64,000 nucleotides of DNA, from assembly GCA_049510745.1 (NCBI GenBank), contig JBEKYR010000002.1, positions 64,001 to 128,000 of the forward strand. Reading direction: 5' to 3'. The DNA is from Verrucomicrobiota bacterium. GTDB lineage: Bacteria > Verrucomicrobiota > Verrucomicrobiia > Limisphaerales > Palsa-1400. The notes beneath the pieces were generated by a model, which was not told where the DNA came from, did no database searches, and saw only the letters and a list, made by a program, of their open reading frames with translations. A program made the translations under genes and the position numbers. Shown one piece after another: positions 54,342 through 64,000 of this stretch (position 1 is the stretch's first letter; each line of letters starts with the position of its first letter).

Positions 54342-55901
54342 TCACCGCGGCAATTTGAGATACTTTTCCATCCGGCAATCGAACCCGCCGAAATCCACCG
54401 TCTGGCGGGACTGCAATTTGAGCAACGGGTGGGGCCTTTCCATGCGCAAGGGATTGGCCAGCACCAGCCTCCCGCCCGGTTTAAGCGCCTGGGCGGCGAC
54501 GCCGAACAGCTCCTCGATCAGCCGCGACAGATCGCCGGTGACAACCCGCTTTCCCATGGGCGGATTGGTGAGGATCAGGGTGACACTATTGGGTCCCAAA
54601 CCTTCGCAACGGGCGTAATCACGAAAGTCGCAGCAGGCAAACTTCACCGGGACGGGCTTGACCTTGGCGGCGGCAAAGTTGGCCCTGGCGATGGTAATGG
54701 CGGCCGCGCTGAGGTCTGTCCCATAAAGGCTCTGCACGCCGCCAAGAAGCGCGCTTTCTATCAGCTCCAACCCCGATCCGCAAAACGGGTCCCAGATGAT
54801 TTCATGCTCAACCCTTCCGGCCAGCCGCGCCAGGCAGGCGGCCAACGGCGGATGCGAGGCCGCCGGAACGTCCTCGAGCCGATAATAAAAACGCGGATCG
54901 GGCGTCAAATTCGGGCGCAACTCCACGCAATACCCGCTCCTGCCTGGGTGGATGTCAACCGTCCAGGTGACATCGCGTCCGTCGTTGAGCAGTTCCGGAC
55001 ACAGGGCATAGATCCGGGCCGCCAGCAGCCGCACCGCGCCCCTTTGATGGCCCTTGGACACAAAATTCAGGCGATACCGCGCCGCTCCCTCCGTAAAAGT
55101 CCGCAAAATCCGCCGCGTCAATTCCGACGCAATCACCGACGCCAAAGCCTCGATCCGCTCCGCCTCGTTTGAGAGAGGAACGGCGCCAAGGACAAAGCCG
55201 ACGCTGCCAAAACACCGGAACGCATAAATGTCCGCCAGCGAAAAAGGAGCGACCGGCGTGATCCCGACCAAACCGCCGCCGGTCTCCGCCACGCGGAACT
55301 TGCCGTGCCGGCGGGCGGAGGCTTCCACTTCATCGCGCACCATTCCCTCCAACCCGTTGCGTCCGCGCAGATGAATTCGCAGGCCGGCAAAATTGGAGAG
55401 GACGCTTTTCAGGCGGAGCGCGCTTGGGTTTTGCCCGCGGGCCAGCCGGGCCAGAATCTTCTGCCCCGACTGCGGAAGGAAACCCGGGTTCCCCTTCCCC
55501 ATGATTTCCAAGGTGGCCGCCCCGCCGATTTTCTCCAGGGTTTGCCCAAGGAATTTCTTCTCGCGCTCGGAGGCGGTCGTCCGCAGCACGGAAATCAATT
55601 CGGCCTCGTCGCCCGGGCCGGAGCCGATCTTGGGCAGGGCCGCCATCGCGTAACGGCGCGCCTTCTCGCAAGGATCATGCAGCAAATCCAGCAGCCACCG
55701 CCGCACCTCGTTCTTCTGTTCCACCGTGCCGGATTCGGAAACGACAACGCCCACCGCCCGGATCACGGCCACCCTCTTGCTTCGCTCCTGGGGAGCGGCT
55801 TGATCGAACCGCGCCGCCTCCACCGTCCAGAGTTGTTCCCACGGCAGGGCGCGCAACTGACGGTAAAGTTCCTTGTCAGGGTTTCGTTCTCCACTTTTCA
55901 T
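54342..55901 (-). CDS. SAM-dependent RNA methyltransferase (UPF0020/RlmL-like) with HEAT-like N-terminus
   Basis: WDPFCGSG, TNPPMG; N-terminal ARRYAMAALPKIG helical repeat. Confidence 0.75.
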   Translation of the reverse strand: MKSGERNPDKELYRQLRALPWEQLWTVEAARFDQAAPQERSKRVAVIRAVGVVVSESGTVEQKNEVRRWLLDLLHDPCEKARRYAMAALPKIGSGPGDEAELISVLRTTASEREKKFLGQTLEKIGGAATLEIMGKGNPGFLPQSGQKILARLARGQNPSALRLKSVLSNFAGLRIHLRGRNGLEGMVRDEVEASARRHGKFRVAETGGGLVGITPVAPFSLADIYAFRCFGSVGFVLGAVPLSNEAERIEALASVIASELTRRILRTFTEGAARYRLNFVSKGHQRGAVRLLAARIYALCPELLNDGRDVTWTVDIHPGRSGYCVELRPNLTPDPRFYYRLEDVPAASHPPLAACLARLAGRVEHEIIWDPFCGSGLELIESALLGGVQSLYGTDLSAAAITIARANFAAAKVKPVPVKFACCDFRDYARCEGLGPNSVTLILTNPPMGKRVVTGDLSRLIEELFGVAAQALKPGGRLVLANPLRMERPHPLLKLQSRQTVDFGGFDCRMEKYLKLPR

Positions 55902-56022
55902 GCGGGAATTGCGTTCAGGGTGCGGCGGCCGCAAAAACGGGCGCTCGTCTTGTGGCATCTTATTTTCCAATCATGCCTTGAACATAAAATGTCGCCACCG
56001 CGGAAGCCACCCCCAAATCTCG

Positions 56023-56153
56023 TAAGAACCGTTGCAGAGTTCATCCCGGGAGCGCACGCGCCCCCGCGTGCAGCGGTCGGCGCCCCCGCCGACCACTTCT
56101 TCGCTCTCCTATCCAAATTGCATGGGTCATCGCCCGGCGGCAAGGCCGCGTTA
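56023..56153. repeat. Element B, copy 2
   Basis: Inverted homolog of 4999-5128. Confidence 0.85.
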
Positions 56154-56282
56154 GGCGAGAGTTCTGAGCCATCTCATAATTCGCCGGCCCGGCGCATCGC
56201 CCGTCTTGCGTGACGAAAAAACTCAATTTTTTGACGCAAATTCTCAGTGACGGAACGGCCTTGTCGTGCTAGATTGAGGGTG

Positions 56283-57152
56283 ATGCTCAACGATTCAAAC
56301 GACAGACGCTCGCGCCACGCGGGGTTCACATTGATCGAATTGCTGGTGGTGATCGCCATCATCGCCATCCTGGCCGCGATGCTGCTGCCCGCGCTGGCCC
56401 TGGCGAAAAAGAAGGCGCAGGAAGACTCCTGCATCAACAACCAAAAGCAAATCAATTTGGCCCATTCCATGTACACCACCGATAACCGGGATTTGATGGT
56501 ATGCATGACTATGCCCACGTACACCCGTAACGCCGGGGGATACTGGGTCGCTTCCAATGATGTTATCACTGCTGTCAGCGCGACCCGCGGGTCGCCCCAA
56601 GTCGCGATGACAACGGTCCAAGCCGCGCTCAAGGGGTCCGGCAATGCCTTGGGCTTTTATTGTCCGAATGCCACCTCATTCCATTGCCCCGGCGATACCC
56701 GTTTCATGCGGCAGGTGGGAACCGAAGCCGGAGGCGGCTGGGCCTTTGACAGTTATTCCAAAACCCAGAATGTGGGGGGCGAGAGCTACAATGATTATTG
56801 GGGCTGTGGCAACACCTACTTCAAGGCGTCCCTGGTGACCACGCCCGCCATGACTTTTCTCTTTATCGAAGACACCGACTATCGCGGCTACAACGACGGC
56901 ACTTGGGTTGTGAACTGGAATTTGACAGCGGGCTCCTTCACGTGGGAGGACCCCCCCGCGATGTACCACGTGAATGTGGACACCTCCAGCATGGTGGACG
57001 GACACGTGGAAACGCACAAGTGGACCGACCCCGCGGTTGTTAAGGCCGGCACCCTCGCCGCCCAAGGCCAGGATGAAACCGGCCCCGCCACCACGAAAGA
57101 CGCGGATTATCAATTCGTCCACGACCGCTATCGATTTCCGGGCTGGAAATAG
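56283..57152 (+). CDS. Prepilin-type N-terminal cleavage/methylation protein (H-X9-DG class)
   Basis: [36 protein letters not shown]. Confidence 0.9.
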   Translation: MLNDSNDRRSRHAGFTLIELLVVIAIIAILAAMLLPALALAKKKAQEDSCINNQKQINLAHSMYTTDNRDLMVCMTMPTYTRNAGGYWVASNDVITAVSATRGSPQVAMTTVQAALKGSGNALGFYCPNATSFHCPGDTRFMRQVGTEAGGGWAFDSYSKTQNVGGESYNDYWGCGNTYFKASLVTTPAMTFLFIEDTDYRGYNDGTWVVNWNLTAGSFTWEDPPAMYHVNVDTSSMVDGHVETHKWTDPAVVKAGTLAAQGQDETGPATTKDADYQFVHDRYRFPGWK

Positions 57153-57247
57153 CGGTCACGATTCCCGGCTTTTTTTCTTGTTCCGGGACCGCCGTTGCTG
57201 CGAAGCTGCCGGTCGGACGTTCGAGGTTTGATAAACAGTTTCCGCCC

Positions 57248-57904
57248 CTATCGAGCGCCCCCCGCCCCCGCCAGCAACGCGGCGAAGAGCGCCGGCTTGT
57301 CCCGCAGATGCTTGCGCGTTCCCAGGCGGGTGATCAGGCCAAACCCTTCTCCGTAGGCCCGCCCGTTGACCACGCAGGCGTCGGTTTGATTCTCCGCCAA
57401 CTGCTCCCTGGCCCGCGCCACGGCCTGGGCGCGCCCTCCTTCCAATTCGTACTTCCAGCCTGTCAAATACGCGCCGGGAAACCAGGCCCGCAACTCGGAA
57501 ATGATTTTGGCCGCCGGACGCAACTCGGCCAGGATCGCGCCGTCCCGCGTGGAAATCTTCGGCGACCGGATTTCGCGCAGCGCTCCGCCGTCCGTCCGCG
57601 ACCAGATTTTTCCGAACGCGAAATCCCCGACCGCCGCGGCATGAAACACCGCGTCCGCCCCCCGCGCCGCCAGGCGCCGCAAACGCCGCCGCAAATCGGC
57701 GCTGGTGGTGAACACCTGTGTGCGCCGGGCCGCCGGCTCCAGGCGGCACGTGGCATAGTGGCCGCGCAAGAATTCGACCTCGTGCCCGCGTTCCGTCAGG
57801 AAGGCGGCTAGCTCGGCGCCGAGGGTGCCGGTCGAGAAATTGGTCAGCCGCCGGACCTCGTCCAGTTCCTCGTAAGTCGGCCCCGCCGTGACAATGCACT
57901 TCAT
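57248..57904 (-). CDS. coaB: Stand-alone CoaB (phosphopantothenate-cysteine ligase) domain
   Basis: VTAGPTYEELDEVRRLTNFSTG, HAAAVGDF, GWKYE. Confidence 0.85.
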   Translation of the reverse strand: MKCIVTAGPTYEELDEVRRLTNFSTGTLGAELAAFLTERGHEVEFLRGHYATCRLEPAARRTQVFTTSADLRRRLRRLAARGADAVFHAAAVGDFAFGKIWSRTDGGALREIRSPKISTRDGAILAELRPAAKIISELRAWFPGAYLTGWKYELEGGRAQAVARAREQLAENQTDACVVNGRAYGEGFGLITRLGTRKHLRDKPALFAALLAGAGGAR

Positions 57905-58007
57905 GCCAAGACCCACACTACCAAAATCCCGCCCGCTGCAAACATTGAACATTGAACCGGGTGCGATCACCCCGATCCTCAGCGGCTTTTTCAGTAACCC
58001 ATATTCG

Positions 58008-58031
58008 GTAGGGACGCGGTGCCCCGCGTCC
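58008..58031 (+). repeat. GTAG-type REP hairpin
   Basis: GTAG followed by GGACGCGG-TGC-CCCGCGTCC stem-loop. Confidence 0.55.
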
Positions 58032-58158
58032 GCTGACGTCTCACCCGCCGGCGGAACTCGTTCCGCAACGCATTTCACCCCAGGGTGAACAGAATGAACA
58101 CGTCGCTCAAGCTTTCGGCCCGGAGTCCGGCCTATTCAACTGTCCCAGAACTCTCGCC

Positions 58159-58288
58159 TAAGAACCGTTGCAGTACGTCCCCGGGAGAGCGCGCGCCCTC
58201 GCGTGCGGCGGTCGGCGCCCTCGCCGACCGCTTCTTCGCTCTCCTATCCAAATTGTATAGGTCATCGCTCGGCGGTAAGGCCGCGTTA
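58159..58288. repeat. Element B, copy 3
   Basis: Direct homolog of 56023-56153. Confidence 0.85.
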
Positions 58289-58351
58289 CGAGATTTGGGA
58301 CTGTATTGAGGGCTTGGTTTTGGGTGCCGGCAGCGACATTATTCCTCGCAA

Positions 58352-58885
58352 ATGGTTTCTGATTTGGAGGAACAACTGAAACGTCTGTCGAGTTTTGAGA
58401 CGGACCCAGAATCAAGATTTCTATTTTCCGTTTTGGCGGCCCTCTACAAGACCGAGCGAGTGTTGATGTTTTATTGCGTTGCTCCAGAACGTCGCACTAA
58501 AGTGGACTTGAAGCCGTATGTTGGGGCGCTGTCCGCGCTGTGCCGGGAACACGGCAAGAATCTCGAAGGAGTGGCCGAGTTCCAAAGCATGCAACGGCTG
58601 CTGGACCGACAGCCGGAGAGAGACGTTAAACCAGACGAGTTCGTCGAGGGGTTCGAGAGTGTGAAACGTTTCAGTCAGTGGCTCCTTGCCACCTTCCGCG
58701 AGGCCTGCGGGCCGGCTTGTGCCCACCCTGAAAAGAATTTGAACAGCCTGTGCGAACGATGCCATGCGAATGCAACCGTGCATACGTCAATCGTGTCCGC
58801 CAGTGGGATCGAGTGGCATGAGTTTTGTGAGTCATGCCACCGCGAGATCAAGCAAGAAGAAACGGATGGGGGCACAAACCACTGA
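58352..58885 (+). CDS. Hypothetical protein with C-terminal Cys4 zinc finger
   Basis: CERC..ATVH..FCESC resembles the McsA-type N-terminal finger; lower GC. Confidence 0.5.
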   Translation: MVSDLEEQLKRLSSFETDPESRFLFSVLAALYKTERVLMFYCVAPERRTKVDLKPYVGALSALCREHGKNLEGVAEFQSMQRLLDRQPERDVKPDEFVEGFESVKRFSQWLLATFREACGPACAHPEKNLNSLCERCHANATVHTSIVSASGIEWHEFCESCHREIKQEETDGGTNH

Positions 58886-59291
58886 AAGTGAAAGGTCAGG
58901 CCTGAAAGGCTCGTGAAAGTGAAAGTGAAAGGGCCGGTCCTGGGAACTTGGTATCCCTTCATTTCGTGGCGGAAAACCAGCGGGCGGCCGGCGGGAAAAT
59001 CAAAAATACAATCTTTTTGCCCGCATTTTTTTGCCATCTCTTTCCCGGTCTCGCGCGGGCTGCCCGGCACGGATACAGCCGCCCACGGAAATTCATAACT
59101 CCTTGCAGTGCAATATCCCAAAATTGCTCATTTCTGAGAAAACTTTCTCACCACGAAGCGCGCGAACACGAAGTTCTGAATAGGCCCATCTGGATGGTTT
59201 TATCCGTGTTAATCCGTGTCCATCCGTGGTTGAAAATTTGGTTGCGGCTGCCGCGCTGCGGCTTCGCGCCTTGCGCCCTTTGCGTTTCGTC

Positions 59292-59621
59292 TGAAAAAAC
59301 TCTTGCATAATACATAAAACAATGGTAATATCTCCTTCGATGAAACTCGGAATCATCACATGGGGGAGGACGCGGTTCGGCTCCAGGCGGTCCGCCGGCA
59401 ACCCGCCGGCCGGCATCCGGGCCGCCGTTCCACCGGCAGATTTTGCCGGTCCGGCCCCTCCAGCAGATTCAATCGGGCTGAATCGTGCCTAATCGTGCCT
59501 AATCGTGCCTAATCGTGCCAAAAATAAAAAAATCTCAACCACGATTGATGAATCTTACGCTAAAGAATAATCCGTTTTTGGGCCTTCCCCACTTTCACCC
59601 CGAAGAATTTCCGGGCTGCAT
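59292..59621 (+). repeat. Element A, copy 2 (promoter TTGCAT-N17-TAATAT at 59303-59331; AATCGTGCCT VNTR at 59481-59520)
   Basis: Inverted homolog of 3517-3860. Confidence 0.85.
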
Positions 59622-59923
59622 CCCCATGGCCGCTCCGAGTGGATTCGACCAAATTCGACCAAATTCGACCAAAAAAACATTAGTCGGAACTTTCAACTCG
59701 TGTCCGCCATCCTGTCCGTATAGCTGATTCACTGATTCAAACCTCACCCCTTCCCGTCTTTCCTGGCCACCACCGCCTTCGGCAGAATCAGAACAACGCA
59801 AGGGCCGAGAGACGCAAAGGCGCCAAGAGAAACTCAGAAATGTCGCCAGCACCCCCAGTCGTCGCCTATGACGGAATCTCACTCGAAACCGTAAAATTGA
59901 CAGATAGCTTTAATCGCCCCGCC

Positions 59924-61450
59924 TCACGGCGGCACCTGGAACGTGCGCAGGTCTTCGCTCGGTGCGCGGCTATAGACGGGCACGCGAACTGCCAGGGCGT
60001 CAAACCCAAGATAATAGCCGGCGGATTTTTCAGCTTTGCCGGCGCCCTCGAATCGCAAGACGTGCGTTCCAGCCGCCAACTGGCGCTGACCCAGCTTGTG
60101 CGCGACGGGCGACACTTCCGGCGCGTAAAGGTCCAGTCGCGCCAGCGGCTCGCCGTCCAGTTTGACCTGGTAGATTCCGTAATCCCACGAGTGGACCATC
60201 TTCAGCATCAACTCGACTGTTTCCGGCGTGTCCAAGTGAAAGGAACATTCGATCCAGGCGCTGGCCTCCGCGGGCCGGAACCAGAGTTGCCTGCCATCGG
60301 TCGTGCCGCCGACCGGCTGGACTTCGAGGGGCGCGTCGGAGTGCCGCGCGGCGGCGACGGCCTCATGCCCTTTGAGCAAGGTCTGATCGTGAAAAGGCAG
60401 CCGCTCCGGTCCGGGCGGCAGCGCGCGCCACGGTTTGTGCGGTTCGATCTGGTACCAGAACGCCACGCTCGACATCAGATCATCGCGCTCGATAAACCCG
60501 CTGCTCGTGCCGTCGGGAAACCTCTGCGAGCCTTTGTGCTCGATCTCGACCCGCAGCGATTTGGTGAACGGGATCGGGTCGGGAATGTGAAAGCGATAGG
60601 CCGAGCCGCGATCGCCGGTGTCGAACCCCTCCCACAATGGCGCCCCGTAAAACGGCCCCGACTGCTCGGAAAACCCCCAGCCGTCGCAAAAATAATCCTC
60701 CGTCCCCGTGCCGCGCAGGCTCGGCTCCTGTTCGCCGTCAATATAAAAAAAATCGTCCCCCTCCCCGTACCAGCCCGGGGAAACCAGATAAACGCTTTGC
60801 ACGGTGCCCACGTAATGGCCGCGCCCGGCGATGTCGGCGATCTGGTAGTTCTGGCCCATGACGCACGGGAATTCCTGCCGGTACATGGCGTGGAAATAGG
60901 CCGTGTCCCGCGGCAGCGACCGGTGCTTCTGCCAGTCGATGTAGTAGTAAAAAGCGTCGCAGCGTTTGTCGCTGTCGTTGCTGACGGTGACGCGGGCCGA
61001 TTTGCGGAAGGGCATCGGCCAGTAACAATTGCGGCCGCGCCCGTTGGAGGTGACCCGGATGGGCAGGGAAGTGAACGGCTTGTCAATGCCGTGGCCCATG
61101 CCGAAGAAGTCGCCAATGGGGCACTCGACACTGGGGGATTTCTCGCCGTCCCAATAAATGCGCAAGGTCAGGAGGCGGGGATAGTACGGGTCCCGGTGCG
61201 CGATGGTACACCAAAAATGGGCGATGATGCCGGGGCCGGCCAGCTCGGCCAGAGTGAGGGTGGCGCCGGGTTCAATGGGGCGGAAATCGGCGTTGCCGTT
61301 GCGCCAATCGGGATCGGAAGAGGAAGCGCGGCGGCTCTCAAAATGTTTGAGCTTTTCCAAACCGGAAAGCGGGTTGCCCGGCTCCAGTTGCCCCAGGGCG
61401 AAGCTGGCGGAAAACGCCGCGATGAAACACGTCAAGTAAAATGATTTCAT
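59924..61450 (-). CDS. GH172 (DUF2961) glycoside hydrolase, secreted
   Basis: YWDGE..PSVECPIGDFF, YWPMPF, WYGEGD, GTGTEDYF. Confidence 0.9.
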   Translation of the reverse strand: MKSFYLTCFIAAFSASFALGQLEPGNPLSGLEKLKHFESRRASSSDPDWRNGNADFRPIEPGATLTLAELAGPGIIAHFWCTIAHRDPYYPRLLTLRIYWDGEKSPSVECPIGDFFGMGHGIDKPFTSLPIRVTSNGRGRNCYWPMPFRKSARVTVSNDSDKRCDAFYYYIDWQKHRSLPRDTAYFHAMYRQEFPCVMGQNYQIADIAGRGHYVGTVQSVYLVSPGWYGEGDDFFYIDGEQEPSLRGTGTEDYFCDGWGFSEQSGPFYGAPLWEGFDTGDRGSAYRFHIPDPIPFTKSLRVEIEHKGSQRFPDGTSSGFIERDDLMSSVAFWYQIEPHKPWRALPPGPERLPFHDQTLLKGHEAVAAARHSDAPLEVQPVGGTTDGRQLWFRPAEASAWIECSFHLDTPETVELMLKMVHSWDYGIYQVKLDGEPLARLDLYAPEVSPVAHKLGQRQLAAGTHVLRFEGAGKAEKSAGYYLGFDALAVRVPVYSRAPSEDLRTFQVPP

Positions 61451-61512
61451 GCCAACGTGTGAAAGACTGCCGGCAAACGGCCGCGGGAATCCATCCCCAA
61501 AGTAATTCGCGG

Positions 61513-61935
61513 CTATTTCGCCTCGGCCGCCACCGGGGCCGCAGCAGGCGCGGCAGGCGCGGCGGGCGCGGCAGGCGCGGCCCTGCCCTCCCGTTCCTTG
61601 ACCAGGGTGGCGCCCTTGCCGATGCGCTGGCGCAGGTAGGTCAGTTTGGCGCGGCGGACGGAACCTTTGCGCTCGATTTCCACTTTGTCGATGCGGGGCG
61701 AATGTACCGGGAAAATTCGCTCGACCCCTTCGCCGTAGCTGATGCGCCGGACGGTGAAGGTGGAATTCAACCCGTGTCCCCGGCGTCCAATGACCACGCC
61801 GGAAAAAATCTGGATGCGCTCCTTGTCGCCTTCGATCACTTTGGTGTGGACACGCACGGTGTCGCCCACCCCGAATTCCGAGGCGCCCTTGCGATACTGC
61901 TCCGATTCAATTTTGTCTAATAATGCCTGGTTCAT
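61513..61935 (-). CDS. rplS: 50S ribosomal protein L19
   Basis: [31 protein letters not shown]; Ala/Pro tail. Confidence 0.97.
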   Translation of the reverse strand: MNQALLDKIESEQYRKGASEFGVGDTVRVHTKVIEGDKERIQIFSGVVIGRRGHGLNSTFTVRRISYGEGVERIFPVHSPRIDKVEIERKGSVRRAKLTYLRQRIGKGATLVKEREGRAAPAAPAAPAAPAAAPVAAEAK

Positions 61936-61945
61936 AAAATGCCTC

Positions 61946-62632
61946 TCATTGCTCTGTCTGCTTCTTCCGCCACAAGTCCGGCCGCCGCGCCTGCGTCCGC
62001 AAGACGGCCTGTTCCCGGCGCCATTTTTCGATCTCCGCATGGTTGCCGGACAAGAGCACCGGCGGCACTTTCAGCCCCCGGAACTCCGCCGGCCGCGTAT
62101 AATGCGGATACTCCAGCAACCCCTGGCTGAACGACTCGTCCAGCGAACTCTGCTCGTCCCCCAGCGCCCCCGGCAAGAGCCGTGTCACCGCGTCAATGAG
62201 CACCATCGCCGCCAGCGACCCGTTGGTCAGGACGTAATCGCCGATGGACAGCTCGTCATCGGCCAGTTCCTGCCCCACCCGTTCATCGACCCCTTCGTAA
62301 GCGCCGCAAATCAACAGCAGCGTCTCCTGCCGCGCCAACTCCTGGGCCGCGTTTTGGTCAAAAAGGCGCCCGGCTGGCGACATCAAAATGACCCTCGTCC
62401 CCTCCCCCGCCAGGGCTTGGACGGCTTCAAAAATCGGTTCCGGCTTCAACACCATGCCCGGCCCGCCGCCAAAGGGCCGGTCATCGACCGTTTTGTAATT
62501 GTCGTGGGTGTAATCGCGCAGATTATGCACCCGCAAATCCAACAGGCCGTTCTTGCGGGCGCGCTGGACAATGCTCACATCCATCGGTCCCGTGAACATT
62601 TCCGGGAACAAAGTGAGCAGATCAATTCTCAA
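61946..62632 (-). CDS. trmD: tRNA (guanine37-N1)-methyltransferase
   Basis: [31 protein letters not shown]. Confidence 0.97.
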   Translation of the reverse strand: MRIDLLTLFPEMFTGPMDVSIVQRARKNGLLDLRVHNLRDYTHDNYKTVDDRPFGGGPGMVLKPEPIFEAVQALAGEGTRVILMSPAGRLFDQNAAQELARQETLLLICGAYEGVDERVGQELADDELSIGDYVLTNGSLAAMVLIDAVTRLLPGALGDEQSSLDESFSQGLLEYPHYTRPAEFRGLKVPPVLLSGNHAEIEKWRREQAVLRTQARRPDLWRKKQTEQ

Positions 62633-62880
62633 GCTTTTGCCGCCGGCGTGTCCTCGACAATCTCCAGGGTGCAGCGCAGGGCCTGTTTGGCGCTGCCCGC
62701 CAAGAGCAGCGAGCGGATGGCGTTAATCGTCATCCCCTGCCTGCCAATGATTTTGCCCACGTCGTCCGGATGCATCCGCAATTCATACACGGTCACGGTG
62801 TCCTTGACCACCGGCGTGACGGTCACGGCCTCCGGATGGCGCACCAACCCTTTGACCAGATACTCAAGAAAGGCCTGCAT
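62629..62880 (-). CDS. khpA: KH-domain RNA-binding protein KhpA
   Basis: [13 protein letters not shown]; position after rpsP. Confidence 0.92.
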   Translation of the reverse strand: MQAFLEYLVKGLVRHPEAVTVTPVVKDTVTVYELRMHPDDVGKIIGRQGMTINAIRSLLLAGSAKQALRCTLEIVEDTPAAKA

Positions 62881-62893
62881 CGATCCTCCCGGT

Positions 62894-63148
62894 TCAGGCC
62901 GCCGGGGCGGCTTTGCTCTGTTTCTCGATAAAGCTGGCGACCGTCTCGCTGGGCTGGGCGCCCTGGCTCATCCAGTATTTGGCCCGATCGAGGTTCAGCG
63001 TGTAATTGTCGCCCTTTTGCAGGGGACGGTAGCTGCCGATTTCCTCGATGAATTTGCCATCGCGCGGACTGCGGGCGTCGGCCACAACAATGCGAAAATA
63101 AGGAGCGTTCTTGGCTCCAACGCGTTTCAAACGAATTCTAACTGACAT
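62894..63148 (-). CDS. rpsP: 30S ribosomal protein S16
   Basis: VRIRLKR, RIVVADARSPRDGKFIE, GAQPSETV. Confidence 0.97.
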   Translation of the reverse strand: MSVRIRLKRVGAKNAPYFRIVVADARSPRDGKFIEEIGSYRPLQKGDNYTLNLDRAKYWMSQGAQPSETVASFIEKQSKAAPAA

Positions 63149-63225
63149 AGTTCAAGTCTGTTGTGGCGGCGGCGAGCCACATCATCAACCGCCCGCCGCT
63201 TGTGCGGCGTCCAAAAAGGTGGGTG

Positions 63226-63254
63226 AGAGTAATCTCGCCCCCCGCGCTTGGCAA
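63226..63254 (-). promoter_or_regulatory. Putative rpsP operon promoter TTGCCA-N17-TACTCT
   Basis: Hexamers with 17-bp spacing about 80 nt upstream of rpsP. Confidence 0.5.
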
Positions 63255-63615
63255 GGCCCTTTTTTGCCGCTTTTTTGCCCCCCTTTTCCGCCCCCTTTTT
63301 TCCCGTTTCGCAACTCAACCTGCCCGCCCCGCGCACCCTTGGGCGCAGCGCGATCCGGGCAAAACGGGCCTTGGCCGCGGCAACCCAACCTTGCCTCCGG
63401 CCTGCAAAATATGGCCAGTATTTGCCAAGGAGAGGGTAGTCCCTCTGACCCCTTCTAATTAAGGTAAGAAAGAAAGTATGACGATTAAACCATCGATCAC
63501 ATCAGGGCACAGACGAAAGGCAGTGAATCGAACGGCCGAACCGGTGAGGGGCCAGGCCCCCCGGCCTTGCGTCCACCGGGCTTGCCAAAGATCCTGAACA
63601 AGAAAAGGAATCGAA

Positions 63616-64000
63616 ATGTCCACATCTGAATCTGTTTTCGAGGGCGTCGAAAAGGCCCACGCCGTCCCGGGCGCGACCGCTTTCGGCTGCCCGCGCAATT
63701 TTCTCGACAACCGCTTCGTCTATACTGTGGTGTCGGCGCGCGCGCGGGGCCTCTCCATCGGCATCAACATGAACCCGGACAAGTTCTGCAATTTTGACTG
63801 CCTTTATTGCGAGGTCAACCGGGAGTTGCCCCCGGCGGAACGGGAGCTGAATGTCGCGGTCATGGCGGAGGAATTGGATAAGACACTCTTCCTGGTGCGC
63901 TCGGGCAAAATCCGCGAGCATGCCGGCTACCACGAGTTGAGCGACGAGCTGCTGCACTTGCGCCACGTGGCCTTGAGCGGCGATGGCGAACCGACCCTCT
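63616..64000 (+). CDS. Radical SAM protein (partial, runs off the window)
   Basis: Manual translation: ..VVSARARGLSIGINMNPDKFCNFDCLYCEV..ALSGDGEPT (CxxxCxxC). Confidence 0.88.
   Translation, partial: MSTSESVFEGVEKAHAVPGATAFGCPRNFLDNRFVYTVVSARARGLSIGINMNPDKFCNFDCLYCEVNRELPPAERELNVAVMAEELDKTLFLVRSGKIREHAGYHELSDELLHLRHVALSGDGEPTL

Noticed and set aside
57248..57904. Stand-alone coaB as a broken coaBC
   Set aside because: Split CoaB/CoaC is common and the domain looks intact
3517..59621. One 56-kb transposon or inversion bounded by element A inverted repeats
   Set aside because: The copies are diverged, enclose housekeeping genes, and no recombinase or target-site duplication is seen; more likely dispersed repeats
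1..64000. tRNA, rRNA, prophage or intact integrase/transposase genes
   Set aside because: None recognised by eye; a tRNAscan/Infernal run would be needed to exclude small RNAs

Overview
High-GC bacterial chromosome segment. The PVC-type prepilin/H-X9-DG protein, apparently leaderless genes and an rpsP-khpA-trmD-rplS cluster without rimM suggest Verrucomicrobiota; this is inferred. In order, the window holds: sugar MFS transporters, a Nudix hydrolase and tandem cyclophilins; a repeat/pseudogene-rich patch (Y1-transposase and IS21 remnants, an attC-like cassette); pfk and DUF47-PiT; two type II TA pairs; a variant anaerobic purine/urate-degradation cluster (DPD-like fusion, ssnA, ygeY, xdhA/C, ygeW, two PLP enzymes) interrupted by MNT-HEPN; a 10-kb block bounded by a 32-bp direct repeat (P-type H+-ATPase, ABC/TolC exporter, one operator palindrome in three copies); GH2; a porin-MFS-ACT-paaK/iorAB cluster; and ribosomal genes. 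The top candidate for an undescribed system is 36029-45040: a Nudix-RelA/SpoT-helical-SLOG-RyR fusion, an inositol-monophosphatase-family gene, a TIR-Zn ribbon-TM-LamG protein, a broken second TIR and a PfkB-like-AAA-RyR protein, which together look like a nucleotide-messenger conflict/signalling system. All calls come from motif recognition by eye; no searches were run.
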